From Defluviitaleaceae bacterium (GTDB taxonomy: Bacteria; Bacillota; Clostridia; Lachnospirales; WQUN01): DNA of 64,000 bases. Below are positions 23,107 through 31,819 of this stretch, piece by piece; positions within the stretch are counted from its first letter, which is position 1, and the number at the start of each line of letters is the position of its first letter. The notes beneath the pieces are model-generated. The model searched no databases. It saw only the letters and a program-made list of their open reading frames with translations, and was not told the origin of the DNA. Made by a program: the position numbers and the translations under genes. The stretch covers positions 120,177 through 184,176 of the forward strand of contig WRLD01000001.1 in NCBI GenBank assembly GCA_009777845.1, in the 5' to 3' direction.

Positions 23107-23170
23107 TGTTGTTGATGTTTTGCGTTACACGCAAAACACCAACTTGGTGGGAATGTCGCCTCGAAGCCTT
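23080..23170 (+). repeat. Family D element, copy D2 (long form with internal 15-bp-stem hairpin)
   Basis: GGGGCTTTGCCCCTTTTCTCCGACTGATGTTGTTGATGTTTTGCGTTACACGCAAAACACCAACTTGGTGGGAATGTCGCCTCGAAGCCTT. It is ~90% identical by eye to 34776-34865. Confidence 0.8.
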
Positions 23171-23199
23171 AACAGCACATAAAAAAAGGGGAGTACGCG

Positions 23200-23934
23200 G
23201 TGCGATTATCGTCAATAATGCTTGCTATAGCTTCCATGGCGTTGGTTTTTATTTTCATGCTGTCGGTTTTTGACATGGGGTCGGATTCTACGCAACAGCA
23301 AGCCCCAGAGCCTAGCCTGGCACAAATGCCCTCCTACGGCTGGGCGGGCGTGCTTTTTGAGCCGACCCTATTCTCTAGCGAGGAAATAGACGAAATGCTC
23401 GCGAACGCGCCGCATTATTCCCAAACACGCCCCACAAGCCCCCACCCCGACCGCGCTATGACCAACAGCGAGCGCGAGGAGTGGATAGCCGACTACTATT
23501 ATCTCGGCGGACTTAACGCGCAGGAGCTGGAAATGTACAAAATAATAAACGAAATACGCGCGGAGCATGACCTGCCGCCGTTTATTTTGTGTCCGCGCCT
23601 ATCCATGGCGGCGCGCTTGTTCAGCTATTTGCAGGTAACACACCACAGCAGCGGACATACAGACCCCTACTATACGACATTTTCCGACCGCATTCATTTT
23701 TTCGGCGTGCAGGGCAGGATTTATATGGAAAACGCAAACTCGGAGCGGTGGTACGAAAAGCCAGACGGCAGTATCGAGTATATCTACCAAACGCCGCGCG
23801 AGCTTATAGACGGCTGGCTAAGCTCACAGCCCCACCGCGAGCATATTCTCACCACGGACACAACGCATGTAGGCTTTGGCATAGACAGCGGACGAAATCG
23901 TGTTGTGCCTACTATGAAATCGTGCGGTTTCTAA
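23200..23934 (+). CDS. CAP/SCP (YkwD-like) domain secreted protein
   Basis: GTG start 7 nt after AGGGGAG, with a signal-anchor helix. INEIRAEHDLPPF...GHTDPYY...GWLSSQPHREHILTTDTTHVGFG is CAP-domain-like. Confidence 0.65.
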   Translation: MRLSSIMLAIASMALVFIFMLSVFDMGSDSTQQQAPEPSLAQMPSYGWAGVLFEPTLFSSEEIDEMLANAPHYSQTRPTSPHPDRAMTNSEREEWIADYYYLGGLNAQELEMYKIINEIRAEHDLPPFILCPRLSMAARLFSYLQVTHHSSGHTDPYYTTFSDRIHFFGVQGRIYMENANSERWYEKPDGSIEYIYQTPRELIDGWLSSQPHREHILTTDTTHVGFGIDSGRNRVVPTMKSCGF

Positions 23935-25057
23935 GCGCGGTCGCTCGTTTCCGCAAATGCTTCTCGATAGCAATAATGTGTTCCTCAGGCAAATTAAATT
24001 CGCTATGCCTTGCAAAGGAAAAATCCGCGATTTTACGTAGCTTTTCCGCTTGCCGTGCAGTCATAAACGTACTGCATATGCCCTCAAAGGTAGTGTTTCC
24101 ATAGGCAGGAAAGCGTGTTTTGGCGTATTCGTCTAGGTCTGCGTAATCGGTTGGCATAGCATAGCTAAATAACGAAAGCCCATTATCAAAAATCGGCGCA
24201 GGTGCTATAATATCCCCTGTGCGGTTGTCACGCAACAGCCCAAAATTGCCAAAATGCCTATCCTCGTTGTAAATTAGCGCGTCAAACACAAGCATATCTC
24301 GCACTGCATGGGAAAACTGCTCGCCAAGCTCGTCATAATACCCAACCACCGCGCTAATACCGCCCGACCTTACGAGCCTGCCTATCGGCACAAATGCCGT
24401 GTTTATGTCAGTAAACAGCCTGCACTTAGATGCAAGTATGCCTTTCCAGTTTTCCAAGTCATAAAACACGGCGTTTATACCCATAGCCGCCGCGATTTGG
24501 CTCGCATAAAACTCGCTGTACGGCTCCTTGCCTGCGTTCGCAAAGCCGCTTGTACCGCCCTTGTACAGAAAAATGCCCTCGCCGTTGACAGAACGCCACG
24601 CCTTGGGTAGCATACCGTTTGTAGTAAGCTCCGGCGAGGTCGAAAACGCCGCATCGCTCTGCGTTATGCCCGTATAGGCGACAAGCGACAAAATTTCCGA
24701 AAATCGGTTTTCGTATAGGTTAAAATCTGCGTATTTTCCGCCAAAGCCTTGGGGAACGACCCAGTAGCTATCATTAAGCGAAAGCCCCCTGCACACGTCT
24801 ATGATGTCCTTAATATTATTACGCGACAGCCCCAACGAACGCAGAATTTCCTCGACAAATGCCCTGTTTTTGGGAATAACTCGGCGTTCCAGCCATTTTA
24901 TTATTCCCTCGCCAGTCAATTCTAGGTCAAGCGGCAGTAGCCTTGGCGAATGGTCGGCGCTTGTTATTTCTATAGCATAGCCGCCAAGCACGCCCACCGA
25001 CAGCGCGAATGTCAAAAGCGTTGTGTCGTATAGTTTTAGCTCATAATGGCTATTCAT
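23912..25057 (-). CDS. HipA-like serine/threonine kinase (no HipB partner)
   Basis: The start is set at the ATG at 25057 (AGGAGGTG 8 nt upstream), not 25117. ALIYNEDRHFGNFGLLRDNRTGDIIAPAPIFDNGLSLF is the HipA_C catalytic/activation-loop pattern. Confidence 0.65.
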   Translation of the reverse strand: MNSHYELKLYDTTLLTFALSVGVLGGYAIEITSADHSPRLLPLDLELTGEGIIKWLERRVIPKNRAFVEEILRSLGLSRNNIKDIIDVCRGLSLNDSYWVVPQGFGGKYADFNLYENRFSEILSLVAYTGITQSDAAFSTSPELTTNGMLPKAWRSVNGEGIFLYKGGTSGFANAGKEPYSEFYASQIAAAMGINAVFYDLENWKGILASKCRLFTDINTAFVPIGRLVRSGGISAVVGYYDELGEQFSHAVRDMLVFDALIYNEDRHFGNFGLLRDNRTGDIIAPAPIFDNGLSLFSYAMPTDYADLDEYAKTRFPAYGNTTFEGICSTFMTARQAEKLRKIADFSFARHSEFNLPEEHIIAIEKHLRKRATALRNRTIS

Positions 25058-25183
25058 TAAGGTGTCACCTCCTGCTTTGGATATGCTTATTATGCCTTTT
25101 GTTTCCAAGAATGACAAGGGTCATTCCACAAATCACTTGCAAACTTTGCTTCGTTGGTGTAAATTTACAACAATACGATTTAT

Positions 25184-25223
25184 CACTATAGCTTCGCACG
25201 TAAAAAATCGCCAAAGGCGCATC
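25184..25223 (+). promoter_or_regulatory. Conserved hairpin leader motif, copy L4 (upstream of the GGDEF gene)
   Basis: CACTATAGCTTCGCACGTAAAAAATCGCCAAAGGCGCATC is followed by an A-rich stretch, AGGGGG and the ATG at 25248. It is in the same order and orientation relative to its gene as L1-L3. Confidence 0.45.
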
Positions 25224-25247
25224 AAAAATTTCGCAGGGGGCTTATAT

Positions 25248-26000
25248 ATGGATTTATTTGCCAGAGAACAGCAAATTTACGAGGCGGTCATTGCCGAGCT
25301 TAAAGGCGCGGACAAGGACACTGTGTTCGATTTTTGCAAATACAAAAGAATAGTGGACGAATACGGCAAGCTACTAAAGCAATTTCAGCAATACAGGCAG
25401 ATTACGGGCGAGTCGGAGCGTAAGGCGCTTTTCTTGCCGCCTGAAAAGCTCGAGGTGTCGATTAGTGCGCATTATGACGTGCTTACAGGCGTTTTCAGCA
25501 AAAAATATTTGCAGGAAAACATGGAGCGCGTGCTAGGCACTATGGGGCGTAAAAACGATATTCTAAGCCTTGTAAAGGTAGATATTGACCACTTTAAGAA
25601 TTACAATGACATCTATGGCTATACCGCGGGCGACGAGTGCATACGCGGTGTTGCCGATACGCTAAAATCCTGCCTTTTTAGGGCGCAGGACTTTGTGGCG
25701 CGTTATAGCGGCGAGGAATTTATGGCGATTTTGCCGCATACGCCCGAGGAAGGCTCGCGGCTTGTGGCGGAGCGTATGCTAGAGGGCGTACGCAACCTAA
25801 AAATTCCGCATCTTGGCAACAAGGGCGTGGGCTTCGTCACCGTTTCCATAGGGCTTGTCGCAAGCAAGCGTACCCCAGGCGAGCTTACGATTGACGACTT
25901 TTTCAAAAGCGCAGACCAGGCGTTGGCGGAAGCGCAGAGCCTAGGCAGAAATCAGTATTCGTTTGTAGAATTAACGGACAGTGCAGAGGACGGTAAATGA
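25248..26000 (+). CDS. GGDEF-domain diguanylate cyclase with SGEEF active-site variant and RxxD I-site
   Basis: ATG at 25248 with AGGGGG 8 nt upstream. VDIDHFKNYNDIYGYTAGDECI...RAQDFVARYSGEEFMAIL shows RAQD exactly 5 aa before SGEEF. Confidence 0.75.
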   Translation: MDLFAREQQIYEAVIAELKGADKDTVFDFCKYKRIVDEYGKLLKQFQQYRQITGESERKALFLPPEKLEVSISAHYDVLTGVFSKKYLQENMERVLGTMGRKNDILSLVKVDIDHFKNYNDIYGYTAGDECIRGVADTLKSCLFRAQDFVARYSGEEFMAILPHTPEEGSRLVAERMLEGVRNLKIPHLGNKGVGFVTVSIGLVASKRTPGELTIDDFFKSADQALAEAQSLGRNQYSFVELTDSAEDGK

Positions 26001-26488
26001 TAAAGCCCGACATTCAAACCCACTTGAAAATTCTGCAAGACGGCTTAAAAAGGAAAAAAGCCGCGCTTACGGAAATTTTGAGTATCACCGAAAATCAAAA
26101 GACCGTAATCGAAAGCGAGCTTCCGCTCGACAGCGTTCGGGAAATGATTTTTGGCATGAACGAGGCAAAGCAAAAGGCAATCCAGATTGTCAAGGATTGT
26201 GACGATATGTTTGAAAAAATGCTAAAGGAAGTAGGCCCAGAGCTAGAAGCACAGCAGGAAATGTTTAAGCCGCAGGTAAAAATATTGCAAGACAGTATAC
26301 GCGCGGTTATGGACTTGGACGTAAAAATCCGCGTAACCGAGGACGAAAACAACAAGCTACTGGACGCGCGGCGCGGCGTAGAGCTTCCGCAAGCCCAAAC
26401 AGGCCTAAAGCCCAAGGTAACCATGCCCACCGATACCGCAAAGGTACTGAACGCATACAAACAGGGCAAGACTAATTATAAAGGATAA
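25997..26488 (+). CDS. Hypothetical coiled-coil protein (FlgN-like helical character, uncertain)
   Basis: 163 aa with an ATGA overlap to the GGDEF gene. It ends 4 nt before the PBP1A start and is helical and charged throughout. Confidence 0.4.
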   Translation: MIKPDIQTHLKILQDGLKRKKAALTEILSITENQKTVIESELPLDSVREMIFGMNEAKQKAIQIVKDCDDMFEKMLKEVGPELEAQQEMFKPQVKILQDSIRAVMDLDVKIRVTEDENNKLLDARRGVELPQAQTGLKPKVTMPTDTAKVLNAYKQGKTNYKG

Positions 26489-26492
26489 TGAG

Positions 26493-29396
26493 ATGAATTA
26501 CTCCCGTTTCGGAAACAAAAAACGAGGGCAAAATCCCCACGCTACCCGCGTTAGGAATAAGGCGGGGCTTCTTATTTTGCGTATTACTATTTCCTTGGTG
26601 CTTGTTGTCGGCTTTGCTGTGGCAGGCTTGGGAATAGGCGTATACCGCGGCATTGTCAACAATTCGCCGAGCATAGACTTTACCGCGCTTGGTACAGGAA
26701 ATCTGGCGTTGACCTCGTTTATCATAAGCGACAAAACAAACGAGGAGCTAGTACAGCTGCACGCAGGCGTAAATAGGCGGTTTGTGTCGATTAGTGACGT
26801 GCCGCAGCACTTGGTTTACGCCTTTGTCGCGATTGAGGACGAGCGGTTTTTTGAACACAACGGTATCGACCCGCAGGGAATCGCAAGGGCGGTTTATTTC
26901 AATTTCACCGACCCAAACAGGCAGACCGAGGGCGCGAGTACCATTACGCAGCAGCTAGTAAAAAACATGCTAGGCGTACAGGACAATACCTTTGTCACAA
27001 AAATGCAGGAGCAGCACATAGCCGTAAATTTCGAGAACCACTTGACAGAGGAATTTAGAAACCTAGGCTACGAGGAGCCGCGGCTGGAGGCAAAGAATTT
27101 TATTATACAATCGTATTTAAATATAGCCTCGCTAGGGCGCGGCAATAGGGGCGTACAGGCGGCATCGTGGTTTTATTACGGTGTAAGCGTGTCGGAGCTT
27201 TCTATTGTGCAATCCGCCACTATTGCGGCGATTACACAGCACCCGTCACGCTTTCCGCCCGATATTAGGCCGCAAAACAACTGGGGCAGAACCAAGCTAG
27301 TGCTAAGAAACATGCACAGGCTTGGCTTTATTAGCGACGAGGAATACGAGGAAGCCCTACAGGAAAGGGAAGTGCTAGACCCCGAAACAGGCGAGCCGCA
27401 ATTCGACGAGGACGGCGAGCCAGTCATGCTCGGCATTGTGTACGATACTATTTTCCGTATGGACGGCGGCGGCGAAAGGCAAATAGAGTCTGAGTTTGAC
27501 TGCTTTACAGATGCGCTAATCACGCAGGTACGCGAGGACTTACAGCGTGAACACAACCTTACGCCAGACCAAGCCGACCGCAGAATTTTTGAAACAGGGC
27601 TTAGAATTTATTCTACGCAGGACTTGGACAAGCAAGCCATAGTGGACAGGGCTTATCTGGACGATTCCTTGTGGCCTGGGCCTGGAGCATATATTGAAGT
27701 AACCTATCTTTTGTCGGTATACAATTCGATTACACAGCAAACGCGCCACTACACACGCCAGCGCGATGTCGCCAGTATGGACGCGGTCGCCGCCTTTGAA
27801 GAAGAAATGAAGGCTACGCTTTTAACCGAGGCGGACGAAATACGCGCGGAGCGTACGTTTAGCGTGCCGCAGCCGCAAAGCGCGTTTGTGCTAATCGACC
27901 ACCACACAGGGCATGTAGTAGCCATGCGCGGAGTGAGGGGCGAAAAGCAAGCCAACCGCGCCTTTAACCGTGCTACACAGGCGACACGCTCGCCAGGCAG
28001 TCAAATGAAGCCGCTCGCGCCGTTCGCCGCGCTTATAGACGTGGGCGCGGTACAGCCTGCCACGGTTATTGACGATATTCCCTTTCGCCTAGTACGCCCA
28101 GGCAGTGCCGACTGGACACCTACCAACCACTGGAGCGGCTATCGCGGGCTTTCCACTGTACGCAACGCCATTTACGCCTCGGGCAACGTGGTATCGGCGC
28201 GTGCGGCGGCAGACCCGTCTATTACGCAAAACGGCGTACCCATGATGATGAGCTACTTGGAGGAAATGGGAATTTCCACGCTCGCGCCCAATGACGGTGC
28301 GGCGATTGTTTTGGGCGGCATGACAAACGGAACAAGGCTAATAGAGCTTGCAGGAGCGTACGCCACCATAGCCAATATGGGCGAATACAACCGCCCTGTG
28401 CTGTACACCCGAGTAGAGGACCACGAGGGCAGAATTTTACTGGACAATCGGCACGAGCCGCAAAGAGTTTTACGCGCTACTACGGCGTTTTTGTTAGCCA
28501 ATTGCATGATGGACACTATTTCACGCGGCACTGGCGGCAGTGCAAACTGGACTTCGGCCTCGGGCTTACGCGGCCAAATTCAAATAGCAGGAAAAACAGG
28601 AACGTCACAAAGCAACCGCGACTTAGGCTTTTCGGGCTTTACGCCCTATTATACCGCCTCTATATGGATGGGCAACGACAACGAAAAGCCCATGCACACT
28701 CGCGCGCGCGAGTTTCATCAGCCTGTTTGGCGCGCGATTATGTCAGAAATCCACGCCAATCTGCCTGCGCGTTCCTTTGAACGCCCCTCGGGCATTACCT
28801 CGGCGAACGCTTGCCTTGATTCGGGGCATTTGCCTACGGAGCTATGCTCCCAGGACCCGCGCGGAAACCGCGTTGTCGGCGAGGTTTTCGCCACCATTCA
28901 CGTACCCACACAGTATTGTGAGGTACACCAGAAATTCACCTACTGCAACGAATCGCGCATGGTGGCAGGTCCTTACTGCCCCGACGAAACAGTGGAAACG
29001 CGCGTAGGCATAGTTAGGGCTGTGCCCATCGACGATATTTCCGCGGCGGTGGGCGACAGGCACTTGGAATTTCCGCTAATGGTACGGCAGGGCGTAGCGT
29101 GTACTGTTCATATGAGCGGCTTTGTCGGTCCTAGCCAAAATAACGGCGGCTTTTGGGACGGCTTGCACGACAACCCCGAATATATTATTGACATGATAAC
29201 TGGTATGCTAACGCCCAATCCAAACTATGTACCGCCGCTAAATCTGGACAATCCCGACCCTGCCTTTGACGTGTTTTCGCCTGATAATACCCCTACGCCT
29301 ACCGCCACGCCCTGGCAGGGCTTAGGCTCTGCACAAGAGCCAGTAAGCACGCCGCCGCCGTTTGTGAATACTGTACCCATACCGGGGCTTGACTAA
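26493..29396 (+). CDS. Class A penicillin-binding protein (PBP1A-type transglycosylase/transpeptidase)
   Basis: The GT51 motifs are FVAIEDERFFEHNGID and GASTITQQLVKN. The transpeptidase motifs are SPGSQMKP (SxxK), SGN and KTGTS. There is an N-terminal TM helix. Confidence 0.9.
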   Translation: MNYSRFGNKKRGQNPHATRVRNKAGLLILRITISLVLVVGFAVAGLGIGVYRGIVNNSPSIDFTALGTGNLALTSFIISDKTNEELVQLHAGVNRRFVSISDVPQHLVYAFVAIEDERFFEHNGIDPQGIARAVYFNFTDPNRQTEGASTITQQLVKNMLGVQDNTFVTKMQEQHIAVNFENHLTEEFRNLGYEEPRLEAKNFIIQSYLNIASLGRGNRGVQAASWFYYGVSVSELSIVQSATIAAITQHPSRFPPDIRPQNNWGRTKLVLRNMHRLGFISDEEYEEALQEREVLDPETGEPQFDEDGEPVMLGIVYDTIFRMDGGGERQIESEFDCFTDALITQVREDLQREHNLTPDQADRRIFETGLRIYSTQDLDKQAIVDRAYLDDSLWPGPGAYIEVTYLLSVYNSITQQTRHYTRQRDVASMDAVAAFEEEMKATLLTEADEIRAERTFSVPQPQSAFVLIDHHTGHVVAMRGVRGEKQANRAFNRATQATRSPGSQMKPLAPFAALIDVGAVQPATVIDDIPFRLVRPGSADWTPTNHWSGYRGLSTVRNAIYASGNVVSARAAADPSITQNGVPMMMSYLEEMGISTLAPNDGAAIVLGGMTNGTRLIELAGAYATIANMGEYNRPVLYTRVEDHEGRILLDNRHEPQRVLRATTAFLLANCMMDTISRGTGGSANWTSASGLRGQIQIAGKTGTSQSNRDLGFSGFTPYYTASIWMGNDNEKPMHTRAREFHQPVWRAIMSEIHANLPARSFERPSGITSANACLDSGHLPTELCSQDPRGNRVVGEVFATIHVPTQYCEVHQKFTYCNESRMVAGPYCPDETVETRVGIVRAVPIDDISAAVGDRHLEFPLMVRQGVACTVHMSGFVGPSQNNGGFWDGLHDNPEYIIDMITGMLTPNPNYVPPLNLDNPDPAFDVFSPDNTPTPTATPWQGLGSAQEPVSTPPPFVNTVPIPGLD

Positions 29397-30325
29397 TGGC
29401 AGAATTTAACCACGAATCAGTCCTGCCCAACGAGGTAATCAACGCGTTGCAAATACAGCCAAGCGGCGTTTACGTAGACTGCACCTTAGGCGGCGGCGGT
29501 CATTCCGCGCTTATTTGCCAACAGCTTACGGCAGGTAGACTAATCGGCATAGACAGGGACGAAAACGCCATTATTGCCGCTACGAAAAAAATCAATTCGC
29601 CGAGCTTCACGGCAGTACGCGGAAATTTCCACGACTTCGAGGACATAATGCGCGAGCTGGGAATAAAAGAGGGCGCGCTAAACGGCGTTTTGCTCGACCT
29701 TGGCGTTTCGTCACACCAAATAGACGCGCCCGAGCGCGGCTTTTCGTTCCGCCATGATGGGCCTTTAGATATGCGAATGGACACCGCTTCGCCGCTAACC
29801 GCCAAGCAAATAATCAACGAGTATAGCGAAAAAGAGCTAGTCAAAATATTTTTCGAGTACGGCGAGGAACGATTTTCACGCAAAATCGCGCGGCGTATTT
29901 GCCAAGAACGCGAAATCGCGCCTATCGAAACGACCTCGCGCCTTGCCGCCATTATAGAAAAGTCACAGCCCTTTAAGCCGTCCGCACCGCACCCTGCCAT
30001 GCGTACATTTATGGCGTTGCGTATAGCCGTAAACAACGAGCTTTCGCCGCTCGGCGCGGTTTTGCAAGCCGCGGTAGGCTACCTTGCGCCCAACGGCAGA
30101 ATAGCCGTCATTTCCTTTCATTCCCTAGAGGACAGAATTGTAAAGGCTACGTTCGCCAAGCTCGCCTCGCCCTGCGAATGTCCGCGTGATATTCCGTATT
30201 GTGTATGCGGAAAAACGCCTACGCTTAGGCTGGTTACACGCAAGCCGATTGTTCCGACGGCGGCAGAGGTTGAGAGGAATAAACGCTCGCATAGTGCTAA
30301 GTTGAGAGTGGGGGAGAGGGTTTAA
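29396..30325 (+). CDS. 16S rRNA (cytosine1402-N4)-methyltransferase RsmH (MraW)
   Basis: HESVLPNEV...YVDCTLGGGGHS...GIDRDENA...DLGVSSHQID..ERGFSF..DGPLDMRM...ISFHSLEDRIVK. There is a TAATG overlap with the PBP1A gene. Confidence 0.9.
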   Translation: MAEFNHESVLPNEVINALQIQPSGVYVDCTLGGGGHSALICQQLTAGRLIGIDRDENAIIAATKKINSPSFTAVRGNFHDFEDIMRELGIKEGALNGVLLDLGVSSHQIDAPERGFSFRHDGPLDMRMDTASPLTAKQIINEYSEKELVKIFFEYGEERFSRKIARRICQEREIAPIETTSRLAAIIEKSQPFKPSAPHPAMRTFMALRIAVNNELSPLGAVLQAAVGYLAPNGRIAVISFHSLEDRIVKATFAKLASPCECPRDIPYCVCGKTPTLRLVTRKPIVPTAAEVERNKRSHSAKLRVGERV

Positions 30326-30356
30326 AGGATTTAAAGGATTTAAAGGATTTAAAGGC
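30321..30356. repeat. 9-bp tandem repeat TTTAAAGGA x4 overlapping the rsmH stop codon
   Basis: TTTAAAGGA TTTAAAGGA TTTAAAGGA TTTAAAGGC, directly followed by the family A TIR. Confidence 0.8.
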
Positions 30357-30460
30357 ATGGAACGCGGATTTTCGCGGATTTGGCGGATTTTCGCGGATTT
30401 TTTCGAGGTTTTATTGAAAGCTAACGGAACGCGGACGGACGGCGAAATTTGCATGTTTTA

Positions 30461-30634
30461 TGTAGGGGACGGACAAGCAGGCAGTAAATATGTAGGGGAC
30501 GGACAAGCAGGCAGTAAATATGTAGGGGACGGATTTATCCGTCCCGAGATTACCTCGCTCTGCGTTAATGGACGTTATCCTCCCCCGAATTGACGAACGT
30601 GCATACCTCGGGACGGATAAATCCGTCCCCTACA
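30461..30634. repeat. Family C element, copy C5 (30521-30634), preceded by two 30-bp tandem copies of a variant left end
   Basis: TGTAGGGGACGGACAAGCAGGCAGTAAATA occurs twice, followed by a complete C element. Confidence 0.8.
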
Positions 30635-30747
30635 AAAACCCATGAAAATCCGCGTAAATCCATATATAATATAACGCAGATAAAATCCGCAAAATCCGCG
30701 AAAATCCGTTAAATCCGTGTGAAGCCCTTGAATCCGCGTTTCATTGT

Positions 30748-30910
30748 CTGCTGTGCCACGCTCCCTCTGTGCCTCTGTGCCTCTGTGTGAAAATCTTTTT
30801 GATAAATAATGAACGTAGGTAAAGCGTATAACTTCCATTCTTTAGTTAAAAGATTTTTTCACACAGTAGTTCGCACAGAGGCACAAAGCAGAGGGAGCGA
30901 GGCACAGCAG
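30748..30910. repeat. Family B hairpin element, copy B3 (right arm degenerate)
   Basis: The left arm is CTGCTGTGCCACGCTCCCTCTGTGCCTCTGTGCCTCTGTGTGAAAATCTTTT. The right arm carries substitutions (CACACAGTAGTTCGCACAGAGGCACAAAGCAGAGGG). Confidence 0.75.
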
Positions 30911-31091
30911 AAATACGAACAATACGTAAATTTCTAACTACACGGATAAAAAAGCACGCCCGAAAAAATCCGCGAAAATCCGTTAAATCCGCGTAAATCC
31001 GCGTTCCATTGCTTTTAAATTCACGTTCCATCGCTTTTAAATCCGCGTTCCATGCCCTTAACAAAAAACAGCACGAATTGAGGTATAACCC

Positions 31092-31589
31092 ATGAAAAAG
31101 CCCAAAAAACCCAAAAATCCCAAGCATAACCCCAACCCCAACGCACCAGTCGTACTAGAAAACCGCTACGCCCGATTTGTTATATACAAGGAACGGCTCA
31201 AAAATTTCCCGCTTAAAAAAATCACGGTTACGCTTCTCCTCGTTTTGGTTGGCGGTATAGGCTCGGCGTGGTTTCAAGCGCAAAATTCCAATACGCAGGT
31301 AGCCATAAACGCCGCTTCACGTCAGCTGCGCAGTATACAAGCCGAAAACGCCACGCTTAGGGCAAGCCTACAGGAACGCTACACGCCCGCCGAAATAGAA
31401 CGCATAGCGCAGGAACGCCTAGGCATGTCTGCGCCCGACCCTGCGCAGGTAGTCAACATATACGTGCCGCGCCTTGGCGGCGTTACGCTAAACAACGACG
31501 AGGACGTTCTGCCGCAGCACAATTATTTTTGGAGCGATGTAACAAGGCATTTGTCCGAGTCTATGAATAGATTATTCGGGGGGAGCTAG
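31092..31589 (+). CDS. ftsL: FtsL-like cell division protein
   Basis: 165 aa with a basic N-terminus, one TM helix and a coiled coil (LRSIQAENATLRASLQERYTPAEIERIAQERLGMSAPDP). It lies between rsmH and a class B PBP. Confidence 0.6.
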   Translation: MKKPKKPKNPKHNPNPNAPVVLENRYARFVIYKERLKNFPLKKITVTLLLVLVGGIGSAWFQAQNSNTQVAINAASRQLRSIQAENATLRASLQERYTPAEIERIAQERLGMSAPDPAQVVNIYVPRLGGVTLNNDEDVLPQHNYFWSDVTRHLSESMNRLFGGS

Positions 31590-31634
31590 GGACATTATCC
31601 AACCTACAATGCTTGTGGAAAAGGGGGAATAGCC

Positions 31635-31817
31635 ATGCCAGAATTGAATATCAGCCCTGCCTTTACCGTTGGGGATATTCATAAGGTAAGGGAATACCAT
31701 TATGAGATTACAAAAAACATGACCACCGAGGAACGCCGCACCTTTTACAAAAAAGGCGCGGACGAAGCAGAGAGAAAAATAAGGGAAATAAAAAAACAAA
31801 AAAATCATGGGGGATAA
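31635..31817 (+). CDS. Small hypothetical protein (60 aa) inside the dcw cluster
   Basis: Strong RBS (AAGGGGG) 7 nt upstream. The stop lies 2 nt before the PBP2B start. I recognise no family. Confidence 0.4.
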   Translation: MPELNISPAFTVGDIHKVREYHYEITKNMTTEERRTFYKKGADEAERKIREIKKQKNHGG

Positions 31818-31819
31818 AA

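Larger units (their letters stand above)
30357..31053. mobile_element. Family A element, copy A-4, carrying nested C5 and B3 (composite)
   Basis: The left end is ATGGAACGCGGATTTTCGCGGATTTGGCGGATTTTCGCGGATT. The right end ...AAATCCGCGTAAATCCGCGTTCCAT ends at 31009, with two further partial right ends up to 31053. Confidence 0.7.
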
